Below, piece by piece: positions 42,121 through 53,570 of a stretch of 64,000 nucleotides of DNA. The stretch spans positions 384,001 through 448,000 of the forward strand of contig CAXXLV010000001.1 in assembly GCA_963664305.2 (NCBI GenBank), written 5' to 3'. A program made the position numbers and the translations under genes. The stretch's first letter is position 1; each line of letters opens with the position of its first letter. The notes under the pieces were generated by a model. The model was not told the origin of the DNA, searched no databases, and worked only from the letters and a program-made list of their open reading frames with translations. The stretch comes from an uncultured Aliarcobacter sp. GTDB taxonomy: Bacteria; Campylobacterota; Campylobacteria; Campylobacterales; Arcobacteraceae.

Positions 42121-43118
42121 CTTTTTAAGAAAATAATTTTATCTTCTCCAATAAAATTCTCATGCATTATTTCAAAATCTAAATTAATTTCATTTAAAGC
42201 ATTTTGCCCTTTTTTTATTTTTGAATTAACTATTAATATTAAAAAATCTATTCTTTCTTTTAATTTATCCAATAAAGTATAAATACCTTCAATCATAATA
42301 AACTTATAATCTAGTAATTTAAATAAATCATCTGAAATTATGACATTTCTATTTGGAATTTTAAACAATGGAATATTATTATCAAATATTTTATTTTTAC
42401 TATATATAAAAACATCAGGAGCTCGACCGGCAATATATCTTGCATCTAATGTTGGCTTGTCAATTCTAACGCTGTTTCCACCAATTACTAATAAATCTAT
42501 TTTATCTCTTAATGTATGAACATATGCAAGTGCTCTATTACCTGATATTTTACCATCTATACTTCCATTTAATGTTTGTGCCATTTTAAAAAAAACACAA
42601 CTCTTATTTTGCCAAGAAATAAAAGGTAATAAAAGGTCATTTCCTTCTTTTTCTAATATTCCAATAGTCACATCAATGTTTGCATCTTTTAACGTTTCTA
42701 AACCACCTGTAGCTTCTACATTTGGATCTTTAACAGATATAATAACTCTTTTTGGTTTTATAACTTTTAAAAGATTTGCACATGATGGTGTTTTACCTAT
42801 ATGATTACATGGTTCTAATGTAACATATAATTCACAATCATTAAAAAAATTATCATGATTCTTTAAAAAAAATTCATGAATGTCATGTGAATTATTTTTT
42901 GTTTTTAATACAGAATTTGGATAAATTTTTAAGTATGCAGATTTAAGTGCATTTATTTCTGCATGAGGCATTCCAGCTTCTTTATGTGCTTCTACAGCTA
43001 AAAGTTTCCCATCTTTAAGAACAACACAACCAACAGCAGGATTAGGATAAGTTAAAAGTTGATATTTCCATGCTTCATCAATTGCTAATTTCATATAAAA
43101 ATTATCATCTATTTTCAT
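42114..43118 (-). CDS. ribD: Riboflavin biosynthesis deaminase/reductase
   Basis: PNPAVGCV, HAE, TLEPCNH...PSC. Confidence 0.95.
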   Translation of the reverse strand: MKIDDNFYMKLAIDEAWKYQLLTYPNPAVGCVVLKDGKLLAVEAHKEAGMPHAEINALKSAYLKIYPNSVLKTKNNSHDIHEFFLKNHDNFFNDCELYVTLEPCNHIGKTPSCANLLKVIKPKRVIISVKDPNVEATGGLETLKDANIDVTIGILEKEGNDLLLPFISWQNKSCVFFKMAQTLNGSIDGKISGNRALAYVHTLRDKIDLLVIGGNSVRIDKPTLDARYIAGRAPDVFIYSKNKIFDNNIPLFKIPNRNVIISDDLFKLLDYKFIMIEGIYTLLDKLKERIDFLILIVNSKIKKGQNALNEINLDFEIMHENFIGEDKIIFLKRK

Positions 43119-43215
43119 TTTATAAATCGCTTTTTAATAAATTTTAGGAAAGTAGTATATATTAAGTAGTTTTAATTAGTAGTTAAAATTAAAAGAGAAA
43201 ATTCCCTTCTAATTT

Positions 43216-43644
43216 TTACCATTCAAAGTATGTAGATGCAGCTAAAATAGAATCATATGATAATTCATCTTCCCCAAATTCAGTTTTGATTATTATCTTT
43301 TGTTCATCAGCATAAATTAATTGCCCTTTATAAACTTCAGTTGAGAAATCTTTTACTCTTATATTCTCACCAACAGAAGCTATAAAATGTTCTTTCTTTT
43401 TTAATTTTCTTTCAATTCCAGGAGAACTTACTTCTAATACATATTCTCCACTCATTGGTTCATTTACATCTAATATTGGAGAAATCATTCTTGAGATTTC
43501 TGCACATTTATCTAAACTTACTCCACCTTCTGCTGTAACAGAAACTCTAAAAATATTTTTATCATGCTCTTTTACAGTAGATATATCATAAAGTTTTGCA
43601 CCTAAGCTTTCAACTGCTAACTTAATTGATTCTTCTAAATTCAT
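43216..43644 (-). CDS. rimP: Ribosome maturation factor RimP
   Basis: LDKCAEIS...[14 protein letters not shown]. Confidence 0.96.
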   Translation of the reverse strand: MNLEESIKLAVESLGAKLYDISTVKEHDKNIFRVSVTAEGGVSLDKCAEISRMISPILDVNEPMSGEYVLEVSSPGIERKLKKKEHFIASVGENIRVKDFSTEVYKGQLIYADEQKIIIKTEFGEDELSYDSILAASTYFEW

Positions 43645-44000
43645 TCTTCACTACTCTTTGTTTTTCGAATTTGTGCAAATAGATCTTCAAGATGTTTTGA
43701 TTTTTCTAATGAAGTATCATTTACAAATGTAAAATTTGGACATTTATACCAACCAGTACTTGCTAATATATGAGTTTTTAATCTTCCATTAGCCTTATTC
43801 AAAGATGAAATAATCTCTTTTATTTCAGTCTTGTCGTAATCTGAACCATCAAAATAAACAATTGCATCATACTTACCATTTTTACAGTTAACACCTGTAA
43901 TTGGTAAAGAGTTGATTTTTGCATCACTTAAATTTGATAATGCTTCCGGAATCAACTCCATAAGTAATGATTCTGTTCTTTGTAAATTTATACTTTTCAT
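43641..44000 (-). CDS. rbfA: Ribosome-binding factor A
   Basis: Follows infB; '[16 protein letters not shown]' C-terminal pattern. Confidence 0.93.
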   Translation of the reverse strand: MKSINLQRTESLLMELIPEALSNLSDAKINSLPITGVNCKNGKYDAIVYFDGSDYDKTEIKEIISSLNKANGRLKTHILASTGWYKCPNFTFVNDTSLEKSKHLEDLFAQIRKTKSSEE

Positions 44001-46699
44001 TAATTGTCTACAGATACTTTTTCTTCAATTTGGATAAATGTTTCGATAAAATCTCCAACTTTTATATCATTGAATTTTTCAAACATAATTCCACATTCAT
44101 ATCCATTTGCAACTTCTTTAACATCATCTTTGAATCTTTTTAGTGATGAAATTTTACCTGTATAAGTTACAACACCATCTCTAATAATTCTTGCATGTCC
44201 ACCTCTGATTACTTTACCATCAGTTACTAAACATCCTGCAACTGTTCCAACTTTTGGAACAACGAATGTATCTCTAACTTCAGCTTGACCTGTGTTTTCT
44301 TCTCTAATAACTGCACTCATCATTCCAGATAATGCGTCTTTAATATCATCAATTAAATCATAAATAATTGAATAAGTATTAATAGTTACACCATCAGCTT
44401 TTGCTTTAGCTTTAATTGAACCAGTTGGTCTTACATTAAATCCTAAAATAATACATCCATCAGATGCACCAGCTAATACTAAATCAGATTCAGTAATACC
44501 ACCAACTGCTGCATGGATAACTTTTACTTTTACTTCATCATTTGCAATTTTTTCTAATGAACCTTTAATTGCTTCTAATGAACCACCAACATCTGCTTTT
44601 ATAATTACTGGTAATTGTTTAATTTTACCTTCAGCAATCAATCCACTCATTTCTTCTAAAGAAACTTTTGTAGATTTTGATAATTCTTTAGCTCTTGCAT
44701 GTTCTGCTCTTGTTGTTGCAATATCTCTAGCTTCTTTATCTGAATCCATTACAACCATGATTGAACCAGTTGATGGAACTTCATTTAATCCTAAAACTGT
44801 ACCTGTTTCAGAAAGTCCTAACTCTTTAACTGGTTTCCCATTATCATCAGTAATTGCTTTAACTCTACCAAAAGTAGTATCACAAACAATATTATCACCA
44901 ATTCTTAATGTACCATTTTGAACAATGATATTAGCAACTGGACCTCTTCCTTTTTCTAATGAAGATTCAATAACTGTTGCTTTTGCTTTAGCAGTTGGAT
45001 CAGCAGTTAATTCTAATAATTCTGCTTGAATTAAAATATTTTCTAATAATTCATCAATTCCATCACCAGTTTTTGCTGAAACACCAATAAATTCAGTATC
45101 TCCACCCCAATCAACAGGAGTTAATTCTCTTTCTGCCATTTGAGCTTTTACCATATCTGGATTTGCATTTTCTTTATCCATTTTATTCATAGCAACAATA
45201 ATTGGACATCCACTTGCTTTTGCATGAGAAATTACTTCTTCTGTTTGTTGTTTAACACCATCGTCTGCTGCAACAACGATGATAATAATATCTGTTACAT
45301 TTGCACCTCTTGCTCTCATTGCTGAGAATGCGGCGTGACCTGGAGTATCAACAAATGTAATTTTTTGTCCATTTTTAGTAACAGTGTATGATGAAATATG
45401 TTGTGTAATTCCACCAGCTTCACCAGCTGCAATTTTAGAACTTCTAATTTTATCTAATAATGAAGTTTTACCATGGTCAACATGTCCCATGATTGTTACA
45501 ACAGGAGGTCTTGTTACAAAAGATGATTCATCAACATCTTCATCATGATAATCTCCAACATAATTAACATCTTCAAGAGCATCTTTTACAGTAACTTCAA
45601 TACCAAATTCTTCTCCAAGAATTTCTAATTCATCTTGTTTTAAGAAGTCATTTTTTGTTACCATCATACCTAAACTAAATAAAACAGTTATAACTTCAGC
45701 TGGAGATTTTCCACAAGCTTCAGCAAATTCATAAACTCTAATATCTTCAGGAATTGTAACTTCTTTTATTTCAACAACTTCATTTGTTCTTGCAATTCTT
45801 TTCTTTCTTTTTCCTCTTTTTAAACCTTGAGGAGCGTTTCCAAATGCTGCTGGTCTTGAACTTCTTGACTGTTTAGCTGGATTTTGTGGTTTTGGCTCAT
45901 CAAATATTTTATATGAATCACCTAAATCCATATCAAGTAAAACTACTTCTTCACCTAATAATGAATCATCAGAACTTGAAAAATCATCAGAATATTCTCT
46001 TGAAACTTCTAACTTCTTACCATGATCTTGTGCTTTTACAATAGTTTTCTTTTTCTCTTTTTTAATTTTTGCTTTTTTTGCTTCTTCACTTGTGTTAAAA
46101 GAGAAATTATTGTTATTAGTTGTTTTTTCTTCTTCTTCATTTCCACCTAAAATTTCACTCAATGATTTCATTTGTTTTTTAGGTTGAATTTCAGAATCAA
46201 TTGGATTTCTAACATCTTCAAAATCATCTTTTGCTTTTTTCTTTTTAATAATAACTAGTCCTCTTCTTTTAGGAACTATTTTATTTGAATTATCAGCATT
46301 TAATTCAGGTTTGTCAAATTCATCTTGAGTTTTCGAAGGAGCTTTAGAAATTGGTTTAGATATTGCAACTTTTTTTAATTCAGGTTTTCTTATTTGATCA
46401 TTCTCTTTTTTCACTAGAATTTCTTCTTTTTCTTTTTTCTCAGTTAAAACTTCAGGTTCTTTGTTCTCTTTAGTTTCTTCTTTTTTAATTGGTTTTTTTA
46501 TCTTCGAAGGTGATTTATCAGAAATTCGTGAACTTTTTCCTGTCATAATATAGTTAGCAATCTCTTCAGCATCTTCAAATGATACTGCACTTTGCGGAGA
46601 TTTTAGTTCTATTCCTAAATCTTTGGCTTTCGTAATAACATCTTGACTACTTGCTCCCGCTTCTTCTGCAATTTCATAAACTCTTACTTTATCTGACAT
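44000..46699 (-). CDS. infB: Translation initiation factor IF-2
   Basis: RPPVVTIMGHVDHGKT, DTPGHAAF, NKMD. Confidence 0.99.
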   Translation of the reverse strand: MSDKVRVYEIAEEAGASSQDVITKAKDLGIELKSPQSAVSFEDAEEIANYIMTGKSSRISDKSPSKIKKPIKKEETKENKEPEVLTEKKEKEEILVKKENDQIRKPELKKVAISKPISKAPSKTQDEFDKPELNADNSNKIVPKRRGLVIIKKKKAKDDFEDVRNPIDSEIQPKKQMKSLSEILGGNEEEEKTTNNNNFSFNTSEEAKKAKIKKEKKKTIVKAQDHGKKLEVSREYSDDFSSSDDSLLGEEVVLLDMDLGDSYKIFDEPKPQNPAKQSRSSRPAAFGNAPQGLKRGKRKKRIARTNEVVEIKEVTIPEDIRVYEFAEACGKSPAEVITVLFSLGMMVTKNDFLKQDELEILGEEFGIEVTVKDALEDVNYVGDYHDEDVDESSFVTRPPVVTIMGHVDHGKTSLLDKIRSSKIAAGEAGGITQHISSYTVTKNGQKITFVDTPGHAAFSAMRARGANVTDIIIIVVAADDGVKQQTEEVISHAKASGCPIIVAMNKMDKENANPDMVKAQMAERELTPVDWGGDTEFIGVSAKTGDGIDELLENILIQAELLELTADPTAKAKATVIESSLEKGRGPVANIIVQNGTLRIGDNIVCDTTFGRVKAITDDNGKPVKELGLSETGTVLGLNEVPSTGSIMVVMDSDKEARDIATTRAEHARAKELSKSTKVSLEEMSGLIAEGKIKQLPVIIKADVGGSLEAIKGSLEKIANDEVKVKVIHAAVGGITESDLVLAGASDGCIILGFNVRPTGSIKAKAKADGVTINTYSIIYDLIDDIKDALSGMMSAVIREENTGQAEVRDTFVVPKVGTVAGCLVTDGKVIRGGHARIIRDGVVTYTGKISSLKRFKDDVKEVANGYECGIMFEKFNDIKVGDFIETFIQIEEKVSVDN

Positions 46700-46964
46700 T
46701 TGTTAGCATCTCCTTAAGTTGTGTAACATACTTATCTTTATTTTTACACTCTTTACAAAGTGATTTTTCAATTTTTTTATAATCTTTTCCATTTATATCT
46801 GAATGTAATTTTAAACTACACTCATTACAGATATAAAAACTTCTTCCAGAATTGTCATAAAAAGACAATTTCTTATCTTCACATTTTAATCTTATTAACT
46901 CTTTTTGTTCCAATTTATTCTTACAAATAATGCAAGTTCTTAAGATTCTTTTTAAACTAGGCAA
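46689..46964 (-). CDS. YlxR/DUF448 family RNA-binding protein
   Basis: RTCIICK...LIRL...GRSFYIC; directly upstream of infB; start uncertain. Confidence 0.85.
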   Translation of the reverse strand: MPSLKRILRTCIICKNKLEQKELIRLKCEDKKLSFYDNSGRSFYICNECSLKLHSDINGKDYKKIEKSLCKECKNKDKYVTQLKEMLTNVR

Positions 46965-47000
46965 ACATTATACCCAAAATATACTTAATATCAAAAATTA

Positions 47001-47882
47001 TCAAATTTCTATTCTCACACCAGTATTATCAAAATCTGTTATAAAAACTCTAAAATGAGGGAATTTAAGTTTTAAAACTTTTTCTAAATTTTTACTATCA
47101 TCAGCATATGCTATTGAGAATAGTGTTGAACCTGAACCTGATAATGTACTCATTAACGCACCCTCTTTTAATGCTGTTTTTTGTACATCAAAAAGCTCTG
47201 GCATCTGTTTCATTCTATATTTTTGATGTATTTGGTCATTAGATGCATATTTTAACATCTCCCAATTTTCAGCCATAAATGCTGCAGTTAATAATGATGA
47301 ATGAGAAATATTAAAAACTGTATCCTCTTTAGAATATTTAAAAGGTAAAGTTTTTCTTGATAATTGAGTTGATATTGCTCTATTTGGTACAACTATAACA
47401 GCTTTTAAACTCTTAGGAATTGCTTTATTTATATACTTAACTTCATTTTCTTGAACACAAGCAACATTAAATCCACCCATTACAGCTGGCGTAATGTTAT
47501 CAGGATGACTTTCATATGCAAGAGCTAAGTTTAATAATTTATCTTTTTCTAGTTTAATTCCTTCAATTGCATAAGCACTAGCAATTGCAGAAACAATGAC
47601 AGCAGATGAACTTCCTAAACCACGTGATAATGGAATCTCATTTTGAAATTCAAATCTAAAATGTCTTTTTTTATTTGATAAATTATGATAAAAATCATTA
47701 AAAATAGAGATAAACATATTGTTATCTTTAAGTGCTGGATTATTAGCACCTTCACCTTTTAACGATACGCTGTGAAATTTTGATGGTCTGATAATTACCT
47801 GATTTTTCATTGAGATTGCAAGACCAAGACAATCAAAACCTGGTCCTAAGTTTGCACTAGTAGCTGGAACGCTTACTTTCAT
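47001..47882 (-). CDS. thrB: Homoserine kinase
   Basis: [32 protein letters not shown]. Confidence 0.98.
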   Translation of the reverse strand: MKVSVPATSANLGPGFDCLGLAISMKNQVIIRPSKFHSVSLKGEGANNPALKDNNMFISIFNDFYHNLSNKKRHFRFEFQNEIPLSRGLGSSSAVIVSAIASAYAIEGIKLEKDKLLNLALAYESHPDNITPAVMGGFNVACVQENEVKYINKAIPKSLKAVIVVPNRAISTQLSRKTLPFKYSKEDTVFNISHSSLLTAAFMAENWEMLKYASNDQIHQKYRMKQMPELFDVQKTALKEGALMSTLSGSGSTLFSIAYADDSKNLEKVLKLKFPHFRVFITDFDNTGVRIEI

Positions 47883-47893
47883 CCATTTCCTTC

Positions 47894-48346
47894 TTAAACT
47901 GCTGGTAAATTATATATTGGCAGTGTTTCTTCATTAAAATTATATTTTTCTATACCAATCGGTAATTCAAAGTCGTGGATTATACAATCTTTTTCTAAAA
48001 AATCTACTTTAATTTTATTTTCTTCTTTAATAAAATATTTTTTACCCAAAGCCTTAATTGGAGAATTTTTATTAAAATAAAAGCCATCTATTGCATTAAA
48101 TTCTATATTTTTAGTTATGCAAATAGTTTTTAAAAATATATAAGCAACTTTAATGGCCATAAAAGAACCAGGAGAATTTACATAAATTATTTTTTTTATA
48201 TTAAATTCTAATAAAAGATTTTCAAATAAACTTGGCAGTAAATCAGATGTTTTACCGTCAAGTTTATACTCCTTTATCAATTTCTTATTTTCATAAATTC
48301 CAATTAATAATGGATTTGAAATTGTTATAACTAAAACTTCAATCAA
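47894..48346 (-). CDS. Short TsaB-like (glycoprotease family) protein
   Basis: '[13 protein letters not shown]' resembles the TsaB GPGSFTG motif; located between lpxC and thrB. Confidence 0.75.
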   Translation of the reverse strand: MIEVLVITISNPLLIGIYENKKLIKEYKLDGKTSDLLPSLFENLLLEFNIKKIIYVNSPGSFMAIKVAYIFLKTICITKNIEFNAIDGFYFNKNSPIKALGKKYFIKEENKIKVDFLEKDCIIHDFELPIGIEKYNFNEETLPIYNLPAV

Positions 48347-48349
48347 TTC

Positions 48350-49255
48350 TTAACTTTCAACTTTCGCATAAGCCATTTCAAACACACTAGCTTCACTACT
48401 TGCTTCTTCTAAATCAATTATTTCATAATTTGATTCATCTTCGTAAAGTTTTTTTGTTAAAAGATGATTTAAATGATGACTTCCAGCAATTGCATCATAT
48501 TCACCAACTAAAGTATATTCTAAAAGTGCCATATCACCAATTGCATCTAAAATTTTATGTCTTACAAATTCATCATCAAATCTTAAACCTTCTGGATTTA
48601 AAACTTTTGTTTGGTCAAGTACAATTGCATTTTCCATTGAACCACCTTGAGCAAGTCCAATACTTCTTAGATATTGAACTTCATGTAAAAATCCAAAAGT
48701 TCTTGCACGACTAATATTTTCTTTATATTCTGAAATTGAATAATCAAAGTGGAAATTTTGTTTTCCAATTGCAGGATGTTCAAAATTGATTTCAAAATCA
48801 TATACAATTCTATTTGATGGCTTTAAACAAACTTTTTTTCCATCAGGAGTTGTAACTTCAACCATTTTTTTGATTTTTATAGCTTTTTTTGATTTATCTA
48901 ATTCTTTAATTCCAGCTTCTTCTATTAACATACAATAACCAGCAGAACTTCCATCAAGAACAGGAACTTCATCATTATCTATAATAATTCTTAAGTTATC
49001 TATTCCATATGCATAAACAGCAGATAATAGATGTTCTATTGTAGAAATAACTACTCCATCTTTTCCAATAACTGTTGCCATTTTTGTATCAACAACAAAC
49101 TCTTTTTTTAATGGAATTGTAACACCAGCATCAACTCTATAAAAAACTATCCCCATATCACTATCAAGAGGTTCTAGTTTCATTTTAACTGGAACACCTT
49201 TATGAAGTCCAATACCAACTATTTCAACACTTTTTGCGATTGTTCTTTGTTTCAT
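48350..49255 (-). CDS. lpxC: UDP-3-O-acyl-N-acetylglucosamine deacetylase
   Basis: MKQRTI, GLHKG, TIEHLLS, ARTFGF, HKILDAIGD. Confidence 0.98.
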   Translation of the reverse strand: MKQRTIAKSVEIVGIGLHKGVPVKMKLEPLDSDMGIVFYRVDAGVTIPLKKEFVVDTKMATVIGKDGVVISTIEHLLSAVYAYGIDNLRIIIDNDEVPVLDGSSAGYCMLIEEAGIKELDKSKKAIKIKKMVEVTTPDGKKVCLKPSNRIVYDFEINFEHPAIGKQNFHFDYSISEYKENISRARTFGFLHEVQYLRSIGLAQGGSMENAIVLDQTKVLNPEGLRFDDEFVRHKILDAIGDMALLEYTLVGEYDAIAGSHHLNHLLTKKLYEDESNYEIIDLEEASSEASVFEMAYAKVES

Positions 49256-50637
49256 TTTTTTGTTCCATCTATAATTTTAATTGAATCATTAATTGTTTTA
49301 GTTAAATTTACTTTTATCCAATCATAATCAAGCCATTCGTTTGGATTTGCTTCAATTCCTTGAATTAAAATACCAAAATGTAAGTGATCTCCAAAAACAG
49401 CTCCAGTTGAACCAGTATTTGCTATTTTATCACCTACTTTAACTTCATCATTAACTTCAACATTTTGACTACTTGTATGAGCATATAATGAAGCTAATCC
49501 TAATCCATGATCAATAATAATTGAATCTCCATAGATTCCTAAATAATCTTTAAAAATAACTTTTCCAGGATTTGTAACTATTACATCTGCTCTTTTTGTA
49601 CTTGCCCAATCCATACCTAAATGCCAAGCTTGGTCAATTTCTTGTTCATTATAAAAGTAATGTCTTCTCTCACCAAATTGAGCAAAAGTTGCAGCATTTG
49701 ACATTCTTGTAAATGTTTTTACATCAAATGGAATTTTTCCACTATTTGCTAAATTCTTTCTTACTACATCTTTTATAGCTTTAACATTTTTTTCTCTTAA
49801 CTCTTTATTTGTTTTAACAAAAGCTTCTATAGTATCAGAAGGAACTGTCATATTACTATTTTCTAATACATGTTTACTTACGCTATTTACAAATTCATCA
49901 GAAACTTTTATATCATCAACTTTTTCTTTAAATGGTTTTATATAAAATGGAACTTTAGTTACTGTTTTATTATTTGCCATATCAATTGCAACTAGATTTA
50001 CTCTTTTAAACTCTTTAATATCAACTGGCCAAGTTATAATTGAAATATAATATCCTTTTTTATAAAAAGGGAATAATTCAAATATCTCTTCATCATTAAA
50101 TGTTATGTAATAATCTTTTAAATTTTCATCAGAAATTTCAACAACTATAACACCACTTCCACCTTGTCTTAATAAATATGAATTTGTTACAACGTTAGCA
50201 ATAGGACTTCTTTTATCAATAATAATATTAGATTTTATTGTTGCTTCATTTCCTCTAAAGAAATTCCATTTACTTGTATCAAATACATGAATTTGTAATA
50301 CACCATTTGTTGGTTTATAAAATTCATCAAACACAGGAGGAGTAATTTCTAAATCTAATGAACCATTTTCATTTTTTAAAACTTTTGTGTCTAATCTTAC
50401 TTGTTTTTCTCCATCAATGAATAAAATTTCATAAGATTTTATATCTTCATCATCAGAAATATTAATTTTTATTGGCTTTTGTAAATTCCAATAAATTTGA
50501 TCTTCAACTGTTATTTTAGGTGCATTTCTCTCAAAAGTAGGAGATAAAAATAAAAAACCAACTATTCCAATTAATATAAATAGAACTACATAAATCCATA
50601 ATCCCTTAATACTATTTTTATTATTTGTAAACTTCAA
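49252..50637 (-). CDS. M23 family metallopeptidase, membrane anchored
   Basis: N-terminal TM; HLGMD and HLHF M23 zinc motifs. Confidence 0.93.
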   Translation of the reverse strand: MKFTNNKNSIKGLWIYVVLFILIGIVGFLFLSPTFERNAPKITVEDQIYWNLQKPIKINISDDEDIKSYEILFIDGEKQVRLDTKVLKNENGSLDLEITPPVFDEFYKPTNGVLQIHVFDTSKWNFFRGNEATIKSNIIIDKRSPIANVVTNSYLLRQGGSGVIVVEISDENLKDYYITFNDEEIFELFPFYKKGYYISIITWPVDIKEFKRVNLVAIDMANNKTVTKVPFYIKPFKEKVDDIKVSDEFVNSVSKHVLENSNMTVPSDTIEAFVKTNKELREKNVKAIKDVVRKNLANSGKIPFDVKTFTRMSNAATFAQFGERRHYFYNEQEIDQAWHLGMDWASTKRADVIVTNPGKVIFKDYLGIYGDSIIIDHGLGLASLYAHTSSQNVEVNDEVKVGDKIANTGSTGAVFGDHLHFGILIQGIEANPNEWLDYDWIKVNLTKTINDSIKIIDGTKK

Positions 50638-51607
50638 GAATTTCCTTTAAAACTATATTTTTTGCTTTTTCAACATCAAGCATATCTAATGTACAACCAG
50701 AGGCATTAAAATGCCCTCCACCACCAAAATGACCAGCAATTGCAGAAACATCAATTTTACCTTTTGAACGTAAAGATACCCTTGATACTCCATTCACAAC
50801 TCTTACAAAAAAAGCAATCTTTACAATTGCAATACTCATCACCATATCTAAGGCATCTTCACAATCTCTATTGTGTGCACCTGTTTCTTTAAACCACTCC
50901 TCTTTTGCAATTATAGAAGCTACTTCTCCCTCTTTAAAAAGTTCAAGACTCTCTAAAACTTTTGGAATAATTCTATATTTTGCTAAAGAATCTCTTCTTA
51001 AAAGTTTATTTGCAATATCAGAAGGACTTGCTCCACATTCAACTAAAAAATTAATTTTTTCAAATGTAACTTCATCACATCTAGCTAATGAAAATGCTAA
51101 CGTATCATCATAAATTCCAACATACAATGCTGTTGCAGAATTTTTTGTAATATATAAACCATTATGCTTAAAAAATTCATATACTAATTCAGCAGTTGAA
51201 CTTTTCATTGGATCTACAATATTTACAGTTCCAAATTTATTATTTGATTTATGATGATCAAAATTTATAAGAGGAATTGATGGATCTAATTCAAATCCTA
51301 ATCTTTTATAAGTTCCACAATCAACACTAATTGCCAAATCAAAAAATGCAGGTAATTGATCTGTTATTTTTTCAAATCTTGGTATAAAATCAAGATTTTG
51401 AGGTAAATCAGAACTAATATTATAAACTTTATGTTTTATCTTATTTTCATGAAATAGATTTGATAAAGCTAATGCAGAACCTATTGAGTCAGGATCAGGA
51501 TTTACATGTGTAATAATTAAAATATATCTACTTTTTTCAATAAGTTCTAAAGCTTTTGTATATTCTGACATATCAACTTTATTACTAGTTATAAAATCCT
51601 TTTTCAT
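50621..51607 (-). CDS. DHH family phosphoesterase (NrnA-like oligoribonuclease/pAp phosphatase)
   Basis: HVNPDPD, DCG, DHH, SLRS, GGGH. Confidence 0.93.
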   Translation of the reverse strand: MKKDFITSNKVDMSEYTKALELIEKSRYILIITHVNPDPDSIGSALALSNLFHENKIKHKVYNISSDLPQNLDFIPRFEKITDQLPAFFDLAISVDCGTYKRLGFELDPSIPLINFDHHKSNNKFGTVNIVDPMKSSTAELVYEFFKHNGLYITKNSATALYVGIYDDTLAFSLARCDEVTFEKINFLVECGASPSDIANKLLRRDSLAKYRIIPKVLESLELFKEGEVASIIAKEEWFKETGAHNRDCEDALDMVMSIAIVKIAFFVRVVNGVSRVSLRSKGKIDVSAIAGHFGGGGHFNASGCTLDMLDVEKAKNIVLKEILEVYK

Positions 51608-51673
51608 CCTTCTCCTTTCTTATATTTTTTAATTTAACAAAAAGTTACTAACAAAAAGTTAATCAAATAATTT

Positions 51674-52495
51674 TTAATCAAATTTCATTGAAAAATCAAG
51701 CCAAGTTGATTGATGAATAATACTTCCACTACTAATTGCATCAACGCCTGTAGTTGCATACTCTTTTATTGTTTTTAAATTTATATTACCACTAGCTTCT
51801 AATAAAATATGTGGATAATTTGCATTTCTAAATTCAACAACTTCTTTTATTTGTTCAATATTCATATTATCACACATTATTATGTCACCACCAGCATGCA
51901 TGGCTTCTTTTACTTGTTCAAAAGTTTCACATTCAATTTCGATTTTTGTAACCCAAGAAATTCTTTTTCTTGCTTTTTTTATAAATTCTTCTAAATTACT
52001 TATTGTTCTTAAGTGAGTATCTTTTAACATTAAACAATCATCAAGTCCAAGTCTATGATTAATTGCTCCACCAACTCTTGAAGCATATTTTTCAAAATCT
52101 CTTAATTGTGGTCTTGTTTTTCTAGTATCTAGTAAGACAACACCTGTTCCTTCAATTAATTTTGCATATTTATTTGCCATTGTTGCAATTCCACTTGCAT
52201 GTTGAAGCATATTTAAAAATGTTCGCTCTGACGAAAGTAAAATAGATGCTTTTCCTTCAAGTTCAGCAATAACATCACCTACTTTTATCTCATCACCATC
52301 ATTTTTTAAAAATTTACAATCAAATTTTTCTGTTCTTGCTAATACTTTTGCATATTGAACACCTGCTAGTATTCCATCAGATTTACAAATAGCACGTGCC
52401 GTAAATCTTCCTTTTGGAGCAACATCGAAGAATAAATCCCCTCGTCCATTATCTTCAATAATGGCATTTTTTACAAATTTTTTGATATTAATCAT
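51674..52495 (-). CDS. nadC: Nicotinate-nucleotide pyrophosphorylase
   Basis: DTRKT, HRLGLDD, LKDTH, EASGNI. Confidence 0.97.
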   Translation of the reverse strand: MINIKKFVKNAIIEDNGRGDLFFDVAPKGRFTARAICKSDGILAGVQYAKVLARTEKFDCKFLKNDGDEIKVGDVIAELEGKASILLSSERTFLNMLQHASGIATMANKYAKLIEGTGVVLLDTRKTRPQLRDFEKYASRVGGAINHRLGLDDCLMLKDTHLRTISNLEEFIKKARKRISWVTKIEIECETFEQVKEAMHAGGDIIMCDNMNIEQIKEVVEFRNANYPHILLEASGNINLKTIKEYATTGVDAISSGSIIHQSTWLDFSMKFD

Positions 52496-53481
52496 ACTTC
52501 AAACATCCTTTCTAATGCTACTTTGGCCCATTTTGCTGTTTCATCACTAACAAATATTTCATTCTCTTTTGAAATATTATCATCTTTAATTGATTTTAAT
52601 GTTTTGTATACATCTTCTAATGTTGTTTCGTTCATTGTTGGACATTCAGGTTTTGTAGAACTTAAAATATATGTATTTTTGCTTCTTAATCTATTAACCA
52701 TATTAAATTCTGTTCCAACTGCTATTTTCTGCTCAGGGTCTAAATTTTTAATATATGTTATTAATTGTGAAGTTGAACCTACAAAATCTGCTTTATCGCA
52801 AACACTAGGATCACATTCAGGATGAACTGCAATCAAAATATCAGGAAATTTTTCTCTATAAAAATCTATATCATCAGCAGTGAACTGTTGATGAACAGAA
52901 CAAAATCCGTTATAACAAATAATATCAGCCTCTTTTAAATCACTTCCATCACCAACAACAGCAGATTTAAGATTCAATGATTTTGCAAAATTTTGCCCTA
53001 AACATCTGTCTGGAACAAAAAATATTTTTTTACCTGATTGTAAACCTTTTTCTATGATTTTATAAGCATTTGAAGAAGTACAAACCATTCCGCCCATTTG
53101 TCCAACTTTTGCTTTCACTGCTGCACTAGAGTTTATATATGTTATTGGTAAAATATTTTCGTTTGGAATTCCAGCTTCATTTATCTTTTTTAAATTTTGT
53201 TCAAAATAACCTTCATCAATCATTCTTGCCATTGCACAACATGCAATTTTTGGCATAAGAACTCTTTTTTGGGGGCTCATTACTTTTACACTTTCACCCA
53301 TAAAACCAACACCACAGAAAACCACAAATTTAGAATCAGTAAGCATTACTTTTTTTGCAAGTTCTAATGAATCTCCTGTAATATCAGCCAACTCAAAAAC
53401 TTCATCTCTTTGATAAAAATGTGCCACTAAAGTCACATCTAACTCTTTTTTTAGTTTTATTATCTCTTCTTTTAAATCCAA
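52492..53481 (-). CDS. nadA: Quinolinate synthase
   Basis: AHFYQ, GDSL, FCGVGFM, YINS, CTSSNA, HPEC, CPTM. Confidence 0.97.
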   Translation of the reverse strand: MDLKEEIIKLKKELDVTLVAHFYQRDEVFELADITGDSLELAKKVMLTDSKFVVFCGVGFMGESVKVMSPQKRVLMPKIACCAMARMIDEGYFEQNLKKINEAGIPNENILPITYINSSAAVKAKVGQMGGMVCTSSNAYKIIEKGLQSGKKIFFVPDRCLGQNFAKSLNLKSAVVGDGSDLKEADIICYNGFCSVHQQFTADDIDFYREKFPDILIAVHPECDPSVCDKADFVGSTSQLITYIKNLDPEQKIAVGTEFNMVNRLRSKNTYILSSTKPECPTMNETTLEDVYKTLKSIKDDNISKENEIFVSDETAKWAKVALERMFEV

Positions 53482-53570
53482 AATAAACCTTCAAATTTTT
53501 ATTAAATGTGAATATAACAAAAGTTTAGTTATAATCTCATTTAATTATAGACTTTAAACAAAGGTAATAA

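Noticed and set aside
45780..46520. Lys/Glu-rich low-complexity sequence in infB
   Set aside because: Typical variable N-terminal region of IF-2, not a DNA repeat element.
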